Below, in pieces: positions 27,334 to 47,841 of a stretch of DNA of 60,801 bases; the first letter of the stretch is position 1; every line of letters starts with the position of its first letter. The notes below the pieces were generated by a model. It searched no databases. It was given only the letters and a program-made list of their open reading frames with translations, and was not told where the DNA came from. The DNA is taken from contig KZ537983.1 of assembly GCA_000934665.2 (NCBI GenBank), positions 124,001-184,801 of the forward strand, read 5' to 3'. The DNA comes from Catajapyx aquilonaris (taxonomy: Eukaryota). The position numbers and the translations under genes were made by a program.

Positions 27334-30300
27334 CTACATAGCCCTCCAGGGGGTTCCAAGAGGGATGCCTCGCTTGGGCTCTAAAAGAGTCTTTCTTGGA
27401 ACCATTCTGGTGGAGAGAAGTTTCAGTTAGTGTAATGTAAAAGTGGGTCACAAATGTTACTTACGTTATGCAATCTATGATAGGGCATACAGAGGCGCAG
27501 AGAGTACAGCCTGTGCAGTCGTCGGTGACGTACGGCAAGTGAGTTTCGGAATTGAACTCGATTGCTTGATAGCCAGAGTCATTGCAAGTCATGTAGCATT
27601 TACCGCAGTTAATGCACATATCCTGTCAATAGCCAGAGAGTGAATTAAAATTCAGGTAAACTAGAGTGTGGTTAGTGTGGTAAATGCAGCAGAAAGCGGG
27701 AGGGGAGCGACATCAGACGACAAAGGGGTAAAGTGCAGAAGCGAGTCGCCACCAGCCAGCAGGTGGCGCCCTGAGCGCCGAGCGGCGAAAATGGGAATTC
27801 CGTGGAGTCGACTTTTTTGAGGTTTTTGGGGTATTTTGCATTTGACAAAGTCCCTCAGCACTTTTTCCAAAAAACAAAAGTGGTTTGCAAATATAGAAAA
27901 CGCGGGCTTAATTTTGATACCACTGCCAACGATGTAGGCCGTACGGTGCGGGAGGAGTTTCCACGACAATCGCCAAAAAATCCTCAAAAATAATCTATTC
28001 ACGGCATCCTTGCCAGCCAATTCTGCCAATTTGTTAGTATCAGTGGCCAACAAGGATACCGCACACCCTTTACATGTTGAATTACTGGGCAACACCCGGT
28101 AATTCAGTTACAACCAGCAAGTTGCCTTGCCTCATCCACAAGGGCCACGACTTGCTGCTTCAGATCCATCTTGTTGAACTCTCCAATGTAAGGCAAAGCA
28201 CGTCCTACGATATCCTTAATCATAGGCACACTTGTGGACGGTTGATTAGCCGGCCTATTAGGAGCCGGTGCCAGACTTTCAGATAGAAGATCCGTCTTCT
28301 GTTTCAATTCAGACACGAGCCCATCTCTTTCCTTTTGGTACGGTCCAAAGAACGGAAGAGGCTGCAAAAAAGTTGTCGGTCTAGAGCTCGTTATTATTCC
28401 AGCCGTGTATTGACTCTCTTACTTTCTTCAACATTCCTTGCAGAGACACGACTGGTTTCCCTTTTTGCTGCTTGTATGCAGGGGGAGATTGGCCGTCCCA
28501 GCCTTTGAGAGATACTGCTTGGAGGTACAGAAGAGTCTTCAGGCCTGTCAGGTAGTCCTCAATCACAGTGAAGTCTTGGTTTTGAACAGCACTGCCCACC
28601 TGAAATCATAATAATTATGCACACTCCATCTATTTAAGAGTTATCGTACAGGTACAGTACCTGAAGAGCTAGAGCTCCACAGTGTAGGAATTGCAGGCCA
28701 ACTTCAGCTGAATCGATTCCACCTGTGGCAAGGATGGGATATCCTGGAAGTGCCTTGGCTATGGAGGAGACAGCTCTGAGAGCTATGGGCCTGATGGAAT
28801 TGCCGGAAACCCCACCATATTTGGTGTACTTTTCTTGACCCACGGAAGGCCATGCGTATCCGTCAGCCGTCAGTCCCATCAGTCCAGCAACGGTGTTGGT
28901 GGCTGTTACACCATCAGCTCCTCCTGTTAAACATAGCTACAGTATCCATATGAATTTGGAATAACAAAGCGAACCTTCTTTGGCTGCAGTGGCTATAGCA
29001 ACGATGTCTGTAATGTTTGGTGTCATCTTGGCGAAAAAGGGTATCTTGGTGGCACTTCGGACCCATCGGCAAATGTTACGGACAAACGTGTCGTTCTGAA
29101 AGTGAATCATGCGTGACAATTTTTTTAAATGCTGCGAACATGGGCAGTGAAGTGTTGGGCATTATTTCCGTCATACTGCTAGCGACATTTTCCAATGCGG
29201 CAGACGTGAAAATCGAGGTGATAGAGTGCGAGCCGTGCGAGTAAGAAATGGTAGCCCTTGGGTGACGTCACTGGCTGGGGACAAGCCTTTTCGCCATTGG
29301 CCCCCAGCCGGTGACGTCACTCAAGCCTACCTCTTCTTACTCTATCAGTCTATCACTTCAATTTCCACTTCCGCCGCACCAGAAAATGTCGCAAGCAGTA
29401 TGACGCGATTAATGTCCAACACTGTACCTGTCCACAAGCCATTCCAAGTCCTCGTTCTTCCATCCCAGTTGGACATGACAGATTCAACTCCAGGGCGTCT
29501 GAACCAGCTTCTTCAGCAAGTTTGGCCAGTTCAGTCCAGTCTTGTGAATTGTAGCCACACATGATACTCGCAATAATTACCTAAAAGCAACAATACGTTA
29601 TGTAATCACCATGTCACCTTGTCGTACTACTTACGTGATTGGGAAAATCTCTCTTCAACTCGCGAATGCAGTGCAGCCAATAAGCAGCTGTCTTCTCGGA
29701 CACTAATTCAATATTCAGAAAGGCATTCTGTCCTGGACCATAATGATGTCCTGAAGTTGTTCCCCGAACAATGCGTGGAGACACGTTCGTCACGATGTCC
29801 TATTAACAACCCCAAATTAGTGGTTCGATGTATCATAATTAATCGAATCTGACCTTATCCAAAGTAAACGTTTTGGTGACCACAAAGCCCCATCCGGCTT
29901 CGAAGGCTCTCCGTATCATCGGTGCTGTTGTACACGGTGGTGCAGATGCAAGTCCGAACGGATTTGGAAACTTAATCCCACATATATCCACACTCACATC
30001 CACCGAATCAATCGGAGTGTAAAATTTAGGCAGCAAAGGTTCCGTCGGTATGGTCACTCCATGACAGCTCTATTATTTTCAGATGTAGTATCAGTGTGTA
30101 TGAGCATTAATGATTACGTACCTGGATATACTTGTGCATGAACCATGCGGCGTTCTTTCCATCGTTTGTAGATTCAACAGTTGTCTCCGCCACACCTGCA
30201 ACATCACCACCGCAGAATACCCACGGTTCGCTACTTTGCATCGTCAGTGGGTCCACTTCAGGAACACCCCATTTGCCAAATTTCAGTGGTTCCATAGCAG

Positions 30301-32776
30301 CTTTTACTACAAAGACAGACCGGTATCACATGGAGTTTCAGGCTGTGGACCTATACTTTGTACCATTGTTGTCGTAGAGACCAGATCCGAAAGCAGATAT
30401 GACAAAATTGGCCTTGAGTCTCACGACCTGGTCATCGTCATCAACCCACTCTCCATCGCTGTTCTGCTCAGTTCTAATGAACTCCATGGAAGCAATTCGA
30501 CCGTTCTTCACCACCACTTCTTTGGGGCTCATAAACGGGAGGAATTCGCATTTTTCTTCCTTAGCCACGTCCATCTGTCAGCAGAACAATGCATGTCACG
30601 TACTGCAGAAAAATATCGAGAACAAAGACATGCCTCTTCAGGAACGGCCCGAATGTTGGTAAATCCTTTTCGGAATACCACGAAGACTCTTTTGGCTCCA
30701 CACCTCAATGCTGAAGTGGCACAATCGAAAGCAGTGTCGCCAGCTCCCAGAACAATCACATTCCCGTGCAACACGGGCAATGGTGTCGATTTGCAGTTGC
30801 ACATGCCTATTTAGTACAGGTTTGCTCATATGTTGTGTAATTGTCTTACAGTGTTGGACTGCTAGCGACATTTTCCGAAGCGGCAGACGAGCAAATCGAA
30901 GTGATAGAGTACGAGCCGTGCGAATCAGAAGAGGTAGGCCTTTGTGACGTCACCCGCTGGGGACAAGCCTTTTTCTCCATTGCCCCACAGCCGGTGTCGT
31001 CACCCAAGGCCTACCTTTTCTTACTCGCACGGCTCGCACTCCATGTTTGCCGCATCGGAAAATGTCGCTAGCAGTATGACACGATTAATGTCCAACTCTG
31101 TACACACCTGCTTTGCTGCTCTGGGCCACCAAAGGAAGATAATCTTTTGATGTATAGAAACCCATTTCCACAGTAAGATGTTCAAATATTGGGATCTTTT
31201 TAGCTTGAGGGAGTCCAATCCCAACAAATACGGCTTTGTACCCATCGTTTCTTAACCCCTAGAATACAAAGGTGCAATGTGTTCATATCTGATCAGTCAA
31301 CATGTGCGGCACGTGGAGTCCCATATCTCACTTACTTGCAAAGTTATATCTTGCACTGCAAGGGATCTCCCAGTTTCAATCTTGACACCCAAATCCTGCA
31401 TAAGATCAATCTCAAACTTGACCACATCATATGGTAGTCGAAACTGAGGGATTTCCGACGAGCTGGAAATTGATTGGTGTAATTTAACGCTCTATCATGC
31501 CTTATGCGACCCACTCCGGATCACCCACTGCGATTTGAATCGATTTTTTCCTCCATTTGTAAAGCTTATATTTTCTTAAATGATCTGTCCGATTTCATGA
31601 CATTTTCGAGAACGATTGGCCATAATGAGTCACCTGTGGTTGACTGTAATGTTACACTGGCAAATTTAGGGCCATTACTGCATTTTTAAAAATGGGCCAG
31701 AGGGACATCTAATTCTCATTTGTAACGGGTATTGCATGAATTGTGGTTCATTTGGGCCATTAACTGTCAAGTCTCAGGCATATAATTAAAACTGGTGCTT
31801 AGCGCCATATTGTCAAAAATGGGACGAAACTTACCTGAGTCCTCCCAAATAATTTTGCTTCTCAAAAATGGTTATATCCTTATATCCTAAACGTGCCAAA
31901 AATGTAGCACACGATATAGATGCAGGTCCACAACCAAGAAGCGCAATTTTTGACATATAACTCAATGGAAGCGGGTCAGGTAGGTCAGGAGGTAAAACCT
32001 GAGGCAACTTCATCTGTTTAAAAACCTATGGAAAAAACCCCCCGCTAATTAATTAGCACTTTTAATCAACCTCCATAAAGTACCTCAACCGCAAAGTGTT
32101 GTAATCCTCCTATGTTAATCGGACCTTCTTCTGATGCATACAGGTTGCAACCTCCGACACACAGGTCACTAGTGGGACATACCATACCGCAACTCAAACC
32201 TAACGGATTGTCAGACAAAATTGCCTTCGCTGCTCCATAATAGTTCTGAAATTTATTTATTTATTTATATTTATTTTTTGGATGATTTTAATTGGGCTAC
32301 CTTTGTGGAGATGCTGCTTATGAAGCTCTTGACGTCCAACTGCGTTGGACATGATTTTTGACATGGAGCGTCAGCACATTTGAGGCATCTCGCAGCCTCT
32401 CTCAAGGCTCCTCGTTCGCTTAGTGTGGTGTGTTTGACGTCATCGAAGTTTTTAAACAACGGACCACACGACTGTTATGGAACAGTTGGTTTCAATTGCG
32501 ATGTTAATTCGAGAGCTTATTTTATTGGAAAAAGGCCAACTTACGCCACACTTCTTATCTACATTCCTTTTCCAGTGCTTCTTGTTGACCTTGGTTTGAG
32601 CGGAAGGGACAGCCGAAGCATATGATTTGATTTTTGGATTGAGAAACAACAAATTCTGGAACATTATTTTCATAATGAGATATGCATATTAAATTACCTC
32701 ATTATGCAAATATTCCTAACATATGTGCACTTACTTCTATATCAGGTAGATCTTTCGTAAGGCTTTTCTGCGCCAT
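27334..32776 (-). CDS. DPYD: Dihydropyrimidine dehydrogenase [NADP+] (multi-exon)
   Basis: The spliced exons read [14 protein letters not shown] / [14 protein letters not shown] / [25 protein letters not shown] / [18 protein letters not shown] / [22 protein letters not shown] / ELNLSCP / [16 protein letters not shown] / [38 protein letters not shown] / TMVPRK..PKRGIPL. ATG at 32776, TAG at 27334, AATAAA (-) at about 27270. Confidence 0.97.
29150..29427. mobile_element. Palindromic MITE family C (DPYD intron)
   Basis: Same arms as 19392, with outer GTGTTGG..CGTCATAC / GTATGACG..CCAACACTGTAC. Confidence 0.8.
30847..31103. mobile_element. Palindromic MITE family C (DPYD intron)
   Basis: TACAGTGTTGGACTGCTAGCGACATTTTCC ... 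GGAAAATGTCGCTAGCAGTATGACACGATTAATGTCCAACTCTGTA. Confidence 0.8.
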
Positions 32777-33096
32777 GGTCACCCAGCTCTTGCCTCTACG
32801 AAGTCCCGTAACAAACTGCGGACTCGGAGGTCACCCGATAGCCTGAATAATATCGCGATGTTGCCACGTCTTCATCACTAAGGACATATCATGTAATCAG
32901 AGGGGTGTGCCTATCATATTCGAAGGAAGAGCTGTTATCAGCAGATTATGCAAATGGGCAGTTTTGGAACCCTGCATCGGTTGGCAGCCTTGCAAGGCGG
33001 GCCCCATGGAAACGTCGTTGGGTCTTGGAACAAAACCCACATTTAGCTGCAAGTGTGGTACGTGGTCTATCGCCTCCACGTTAAATACCCTTCAAA

Positions 33097-34658
33097 ATGG
33101 TGTTTGGAGGCAAAAAATTCAATGGTGCTCCTTTTGGGAGCCAGAGCAGTAGATTCCATTCTATGGAGGCCATTGAGCTCCAGAGGGCAACATGGATGGA
33201 AATGATGATGGATCCAAGTCTCAACGACCTGGTATGACAATTTGTATGTATATTATTTATATTACGTACCGGTATTAATTTGGTTATTGTAGCCTTTTGT
33301 GCAGGCATTGGGGAGGAACCGGCCACCAAGGATGGAATCCCATGCGATAAACGAGGCTAGGAGGGTGGCTAGAGAAACTTGTGAAGTGGAGGGCAAGCAG
33401 AAGAAGAGCTATGGAATCTGGCATTCCTTGAACACTGGAGAAGCCGGTATGCTGCCTCCTTTCAGGCTCAGGAAGATCTTCAGTGACAAGGAGGAACAGG
33501 TTAGTGATACCACTTACATTGTGGGGACCCTCTAATGGCTGCATACTGCAGAAGCGGTTACGTGGTCCAGGCACTTACAACACTAGAAGCTGGTCGGAAG
33601 AACAGAGGCCAGGTTGTAGCCGGGGCATGATGTCCACTCATACGCCTCGCTTCAAGAAGCCTCCTAAGCATCTGACCGGTGGTGTAGGACCAGGCTCTTA
33701 CACCGGAGACATACTCATGTACAATATGCCAAAGATGACCTTCAGCAACTTGGTGCCCATGAACTCATGCGGACCTGGGCACAACTTCCCGCCTAGGCAC
33801 ATGGTCAGCGACAATACACTGGGGCCAGGGACGTACGACTTGATAGCACCTATGGATAAGCTGAAGAACGACATGAAAAGGGGACCCATTGAGCTGTACA
33901 CACAGCCCAGAGATAAAGTGTATGGTGAGTGCTGCAGTTGTTATCAGGGCGCTGCATCAATTAAAAATATTGTTTTCTCTTTGGCGTAGGTGTGGATCTG
34001 AAACGGCTGCCTATACTAACCATGGACCCCACCCTGTACAACCTCCCCGTGCCTCCAGAGAGCCTGTCTACCCGGCATAGGCAGCGCACAGGCTGCTTCT
34101 ACAAGGCACCTAGGTTCCCAAACTACACTGGCAGCCGTCACATCATGGTCAATCGATCCATGTGGTGCAACGAAGTAAGCTTTGCGAATTGTCACTTGGC
34201 CAACCCTAAAAGTTGTCTTGAGCTGAGTAATGCAATTGCCTTTCCCCCTACAGGAGACGGTTGGTCCCAGTACCTATGATCTCCAGACGCTAACCAAACC
34301 CCAAAATGCGAAGAAACTGCCCTTCAACCGCACAGCCCGCAGGAAAAGTCCACCAAAGCTACCAGTAAGTTCTTTCAAAATGCAGCCACGTACTTCGGCC
34401 GAGAAAAGTTCGACACACCCAATTAGCTGAACAATCGCATTTCTCCACTTTAACGTGCCATTCCCATTACAGATGATCGTGCCACCAGCACGCTATTACC
34501 CGGACAACTTCACCAGAAAAAACATAAATGCCCACACCAACACCTTCAAATTATCAAATAGAATGCCAGGACTTGCAGCCGCTAAACAGCTACAAGAGCG
34601 TCTCCGTGGAAAAGACCTGCATCCAAGGGAAAAGTTTGACCACAGTGCCCAGCGGTAA
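33097..34658 (+). CDS. LEXM/CIMAP2-like ciliary microtubule-associated protein (SHIPPO/PGPGxY repeats)
   Basis: Phase-consistent GT-AG exons 33097-33231, 33305-33499, 33552-33924, 33990-34174, 34254-34364, 34473-34658. The N-terminus KKFNGAPFGSQSSRF resembles the LEXM GAPFG..RF motif. Repeated GPGTY/GPGSY/GPSTY motifs; AATAAA at 34668. Confidence 0.8.
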
Positions 34659-35364
34659 CTTCAAAACAATAAATCCAAGCCGTTTACATTAATTTGCAAC
34701 ATGATTTATTTCTCTTTTTATGCAACAAGGGTTGATCGTACTGGCACTTAAAATACCTCCATATCACAGATGTGAAGAAGTTATTCAGCACCATTTTCTT
34801 ACTTACAAGAAGTTCTTGTGCATTCACACAGCAACAAATTTTGGACCTGCAGGCCAACTTTTCACACCAAACTATTCAAAGTCATTCAGGGGCTTTAGTT
34901 TCATGTCCGGAAGGAGCCACCCGAACTTCGAAGGTTTTGATTTAAAATCTGGCCTTCAGGTCCAAAATCTGTTGCCATTTGAATAAGGCGTGATGCCTGC
35001 TTCAGTCACTTACCATGTATCTTTAAAACGGAAAAGAAAAAAAAATCAACTTTCTTCTTTGGGAACATGAATGACTTGACATACTCTTTAAAACATAATG
35101 CGGAATGTACCAAGGAACTGCAAGAAATTGTTGGAAGCTTCACTTCTTAGGTTCTAAACATGGTTATGGGAGGGTGACAAAAGTATCAGGTAAGGCACGC
35201 TCTACAACGTTCATCCAAAACAAAAACATTAAAAAAAAGTTCATAGTGAACCATTATGAAAAACTATGTTGCGATGTGAGCCTGACAGCAGGTAGGCTCC
35301 TATCCCAACATCTTTCAGTCTCCGAATACACTTGTACTTAGGTGAACACTGGACTAGTCAACAT

Positions 35365-43156
<7,792 letters not shown>

Positions 43157-43995
43157 GTCACCAGAAACAACCTGCGAACAAAAAGGAACCACTTATTCCA
43201 ACATGGCCGACGAACCGCATGGCCTGTCTGTCTGCCTAGTGCCCCCCCGGCACTCATCCCCAATCAACCCACCGCTACAAGCCTGGTCAAAGGTTATCAG
43301 CGCCAACCGCTGCTGCCTCGGGGCGGACAGGAGGAACACGGGCGGCACCGGCTGAGCAAGTGGGGGTAGAAACAAAGGGGTAGACGAAGCGGGTAGAAGT
43401 CTCCAGAACAAGCCGGGGTGGGAGACACGCATGCGCCCCAGATTAAGCCCCACCCAATCAACACAGATGCACCTTCCCGCCAAAGATGGTGGCCCATAAA
43501 AATCACACTTTTGCCCCCAAAAATTAAGATGGAATAAAAAATCTGAATCCGCACAAATCGGCCGTTGAAATAAATCAGCTGTCATTTAAAGCCGGATTAA
43601 ATAAAAGCTGGAGAGTGCCTGAATTTTCTGGTGAACACCGGCTGATTGTGATCAGACCAGCATGGCGATGACAGCCACGTTGTTTTATGGGGAAAAAATC
43701 GAGAACAAAAGGTCGCCATGTTGGCCGCATGTTCCTGGATTCGGAGGCCCTATCGCGGCAATGCTTGTGCTTGCGGGATACCACAATCAATGTCCCGGCT
43801 ACTTGTATGAGAACAGTCAGAACCACAGATTACGACTAGGTCAGAACACACCGCCATAACCGGTTCTCAAATACACGCGGCTGACCTATGCAAATATTTG
43901 TCTCCCTAATCTGTCCAACCCTATCTGCGACTACATTAATCCCTCCCACGACATGCAGTCTAGGTCCCCGCCTGTACTTCAATCGGGATACTCAC

Positions 43996-44070
43996 CCTGA
44001 AGCTAAGATAAAGAGAAAGAAGGCCGAAGAGGCGACAAGGCGACAGGCAGTCGGAACACGCACTTCCGCC
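43996..44070 (-). promoter_or_regulatory. Putative vasa non-coding first exon and promoter
   Basis: Pyrimidine-rich segment ending CAGG|gtgagt at 43996; ETS-like CGGAAGTG at 44061-44068; downstream acceptor gttcgcag 15 nt before the vasa ATG. Confidence 0.55.
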
Positions 44071-45110
44071 TTCGCACAGCTCCGGGGAGAAAGAAGGAGA
44101 AGGGGACCTGGGGACGGCTGACTGCAGGGATGTGCTGCAGGGGAGGGGGAGGGAGTGGAGGAGGGAAGCGAAGACATCTGGTGGCCAAGGGGTACCAACA
44201 GGAACCAAAAGAAAAGAAGGTTATACATCACTACAGGTACAGCCTGGAACCAATCAGAGAGCTGGACGCAGTCTGGCACATGCGTACTACTGATCAACCT
44301 GGAGCGTGTAAATACATATTGATTTCATTTAACGGCCGATTTAAAGTAGTTTAATAAGTGGCCGCTAGTAATATATGGCAGGGCTTGTCCAGACTTATTT
44401 TTATAAAAATAACACATTTTAAAATATGGGCGATTTTATTTATGCCGTAATTTAATTAAAATCGCCATGTGGTTGAACAAAGGTTGAATTAAAGGGTCAA
44501 AATTTAAGATGGGATTTGAAGAATTTTGTGGTAATTATATTAGTAAATAAACTGTCAAATTTGTCGATATTCGATTTCAGGCGCTTCTTGGCTATACCGT
44601 ATATCTGGGGCAAATATTGAACGGTTTATATATATAGACACAGTTTTATGGCGCAATAAAACCAGAAGTCCATGGGACAAATCTTAGCGTTGCACTAGGT
44701 AAGATGAGGGACGCAATAAGCCTAATGCACATTAAATCATTATCTTATGCACAAAATCTGCCAGTCAATATCATGAGCACTGTGGACATCAAACATATTG
44801 GGCAAAAATTGCACATGATTTTATTTAATTGCAAGGAACACAAGGATGGAGAAAAGAAAAAAGAAATTCAGCATTGGCAACAACCATGTAGGCCCTTAAT
44901 GTATACCGTAACTGAAAATTTATTTTACAATTTTCTAAATTCTCACAGACTATGCAACAAGATCTTTCTGGTATGACTAATTGTTCAAGACAACAATATC
45001 ATACTCAAACCCAATTTGTGTAAGTTGCCACAGATACAACTTTAGACAACAACAAAAGGAGGATGTCGTAATAAGACTCTTCAAGGCAAATCCCATCATC
45101 AACTTCCCAG

Positions 45111-46662
45111 AAACCACGTAGGATCTTTCAAATACGCAACATGGAGGTGTACAACAGCCTCACTGACAAGTTCTTGGCCGACTACTTCAGTGGCATGGCT
45201 GTCAGAAACCACCTTCGAAAAGCTGGATTGGTATGTATGCACTGTATATACAAGCAGGATGTGCAAAAAAAATAAACAATAATTACATGTCATTATAATT
45301 TGTTGGGTAGGTGACCAGGGATGGCTACGTGGTACCAGAACGGGAATATCAGAAAAAAGTGGTGGAGGAGAGCCGCAGGAAAAAAGAACTGTACCTGGAG
45401 TTTCTGCGAAAGAGAAAAGAACGTGCATGGCAGGTGGAGCGCGCAAGAAAGTTGGCAGTTAGGGCCAAGCAGGAAGAGCTACAACGAAAAAAGTGTCGCT
45501 TGCCAAGCTGGAAACAGATATCCAGGCAGAGCTCTACCTCCAACCCTGTCTTGAATGAGCAGACCCAGTCACCAGCTCCGTCCGTCATGTTCCAAAGCTT
45601 ACCTGATCTGTCCCCACCACAGCTGACCAGCCCAGACAATCTCCGTCCAACTAAACCCAAGCCACAGAAGCAGGAAGAGGACCGTAACCGCTGCCTGATG
45701 GGTCCCATACTAGGTCTGACATCGAAGCAACTGAGGCGCTCTGCGACTCGCCTATGCCCAACCACGGAGGTGATTTTGCGTCCACCTGCCACAGAGCAGC
45801 CAGAGGTCATCATTCATTTCCGTGGGAGGCGTGAGTCACGACATAAGCCAGGTGATGCCCCACATATTGTGCGAGTGGAACAGCAACCAAGGCATGGTCT
45901 TGTAATGATTGTCTACGAAGGCAAAGTGAACCTTGGAGGTATGAGGACTTAATTATACTATATTTCACTCAAAGCATATCCTTGAGCAATAACCAAATAT
46001 TTCAGACAATCTGAGGTTCAAGTCACGCCGTGCTCCCAATGAGCCTTTCTGCTTGACCATCTGGCTGGACCACTTTCGTCATGCTCGGGTTAACTCTTGC
46101 TGCGAGTCCAAACGTCTTGGGGACAAACTAGGAGGACCAGGAGGCCAGTTTGTTCTGGTTGGTGTTGACAAAGCCAAGCCATGCTTTGAGTAAGTGTGTG
46201 ACCCTTTAACAAGCGACCTAGATGAGGTATATTTTTAAAACTTGGTAGAACCAGTTATTAGCTCTTGGTAACACCCTGCATCATAAGGGTTCAAAAAAGC
46301 TGTTCATATAAGTGAACACTGCAACTTCTGATTCATACATTGTCACTAATTTAATTTATTGCTTACCTAGATGCAAGAGCAGCAAAGACCACGTGGTTTT
46401 AAAACATAAGCAACAACTTGAGAAACTGAAATGGGAACAAGCTGAAATCCTCAACACAGACAAAATTCCAGGTATTACGGTTCATCACTACTGCTAAAGC
46501 AGCATCCATGTAAAAACTAAATATTAGTAACCTCTCTTAATAGTTCAACAGAAATTTAAAAGGCAAGAAAAGCAAGTGGATATACCTCAGGATATACAAG
46601 GTGCACAAGAAGTGCTTTCTGCTGAAGAGGCTTCAGCTTCCGAGATGGGCATAATATTTGAT
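45111..46662 (+). CDS. ERICH3/DUF4590-like ciliary protein (5' and 3' ends uncertain)
   Basis: Phase-consistent exons 45111-45230, 45311-45938, 46006-46189, 46371-46471, 46544-46662. YNSLTDKFLADYF..VRNHLRKAGL-VTRDG resembles the ERICH3 N-terminus; VYEG..FKSRR..PFCLTIWLD..RVNSCCESK..LGG..F..V..AKPCFEC resembles DUF4590. Further 3' exons near 47010-47400 are likely but unresolved. Confidence 0.82.
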
Positions 46663-47663
46663 GTAAGCCAAGATTAAATTTTATGGTATGTGTAAAAATA
46701 ACAGTAAATCCTTGTCAGCTGTGCTATTGTATTGGGCACACAAGTCCTGGTTATGAAGATATTCATGATCCCTACTAGAATGCACATTATATACACTGAA
46801 TAAATCTGACAGCATCACAGTAGGCAACAATGATTGTCAACAATATCAAGTATAAAAAAAACAACAAAGGCTGGTGATATCAGTACCAATTTCTGGTTGA
46901 ATAAAAAATGAGATTGCATATTATTTGGGCATACTGTTCATACTAGTGACCTGCTCAGCTTCAGGTGCTTTATTCCATTGTTCGCTATTCATCCAAGAAA
47001 ACATTACAGGGAGTAACTTTAATCATGAATTGCTACAGAACGTGATCAGCTCGAAATCAGGTACAAGACATGTCAGGTATTGATGTCAGTTCCTGAAGAG
47101 GAAGTGTGTTGTAAGTTGTAACACAGCTTTTCCAGTGATTCCAGTCACCAGTCTCTTGCTGATCTTCATAGTACAGTGATTACCCTGAGGTGAGTCAATC
47201 AACTTAACCATTCAATTTGTTCTCAGTTTGGCCAATAACCAGGGCCTTATTCAATCATTAATTCACTGTTAGGTAATTTAGTTTTACTTTGAAACTTGGT
47301 CACATAATCATTCTAGTCGAGATATAAGAATTCAGGTCTCCAGAATATGAACACCCTACTGACAAAAGTTTGAGAATATTCTCGTGGTGTTCCTTACGTG
47401 TGATCGTGGGGCACAACAATATGTTAGAAATGTGTTGCATAGCAGACAACCTCATACCAAATATCATATTTCCCTTAAAGCATATCTCCAAGTACGTAAT
47501 AACCAAATAATTTATTAAGACAATCTGAATGCATTGGCAATGATGAAGCAAAGATATCTTTATCCACCAACAAAAGAGCTTCTCACCAGACACCAGACAC
47601 CAAACAGGAATAAAACAGTCATTTCTTAGCCAGTACATTTAAATTTAAATTTAAAATGGCATA

Positions 47664-47798
47664 TAAATCATATTTTCACAGGAAAACCTTAAAAGTGGCA
47701 AGAATTATTCTTGCCACTTTTAAGGTTTTCCTGTGAAAATATGATTTACATGCTTCTTCAATCATATGGTTTTAATAATTAAAACCATATGATTGAAG
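47664..47798. repeat. Two adjacent perfect hairpins between convergent genes
   Basis: TAAATCATATTTTCACAGGAAAACCTTAAAAGTGGCAAGAAT with its reverse complement, then CTTCAATCATATGGTTTTAAT with its reverse complement. Confidence 0.85.
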
Positions 47799-47841
47799 GA
47801 GAAAAAAAAAATTAAAAGTTGATAAACAGAAATCACTTCAA

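Noticed and set aside
30110..30814. 234-aa + strand ORF
   Set aside because: Antisense to DPYD exons; no recognisable motifs.
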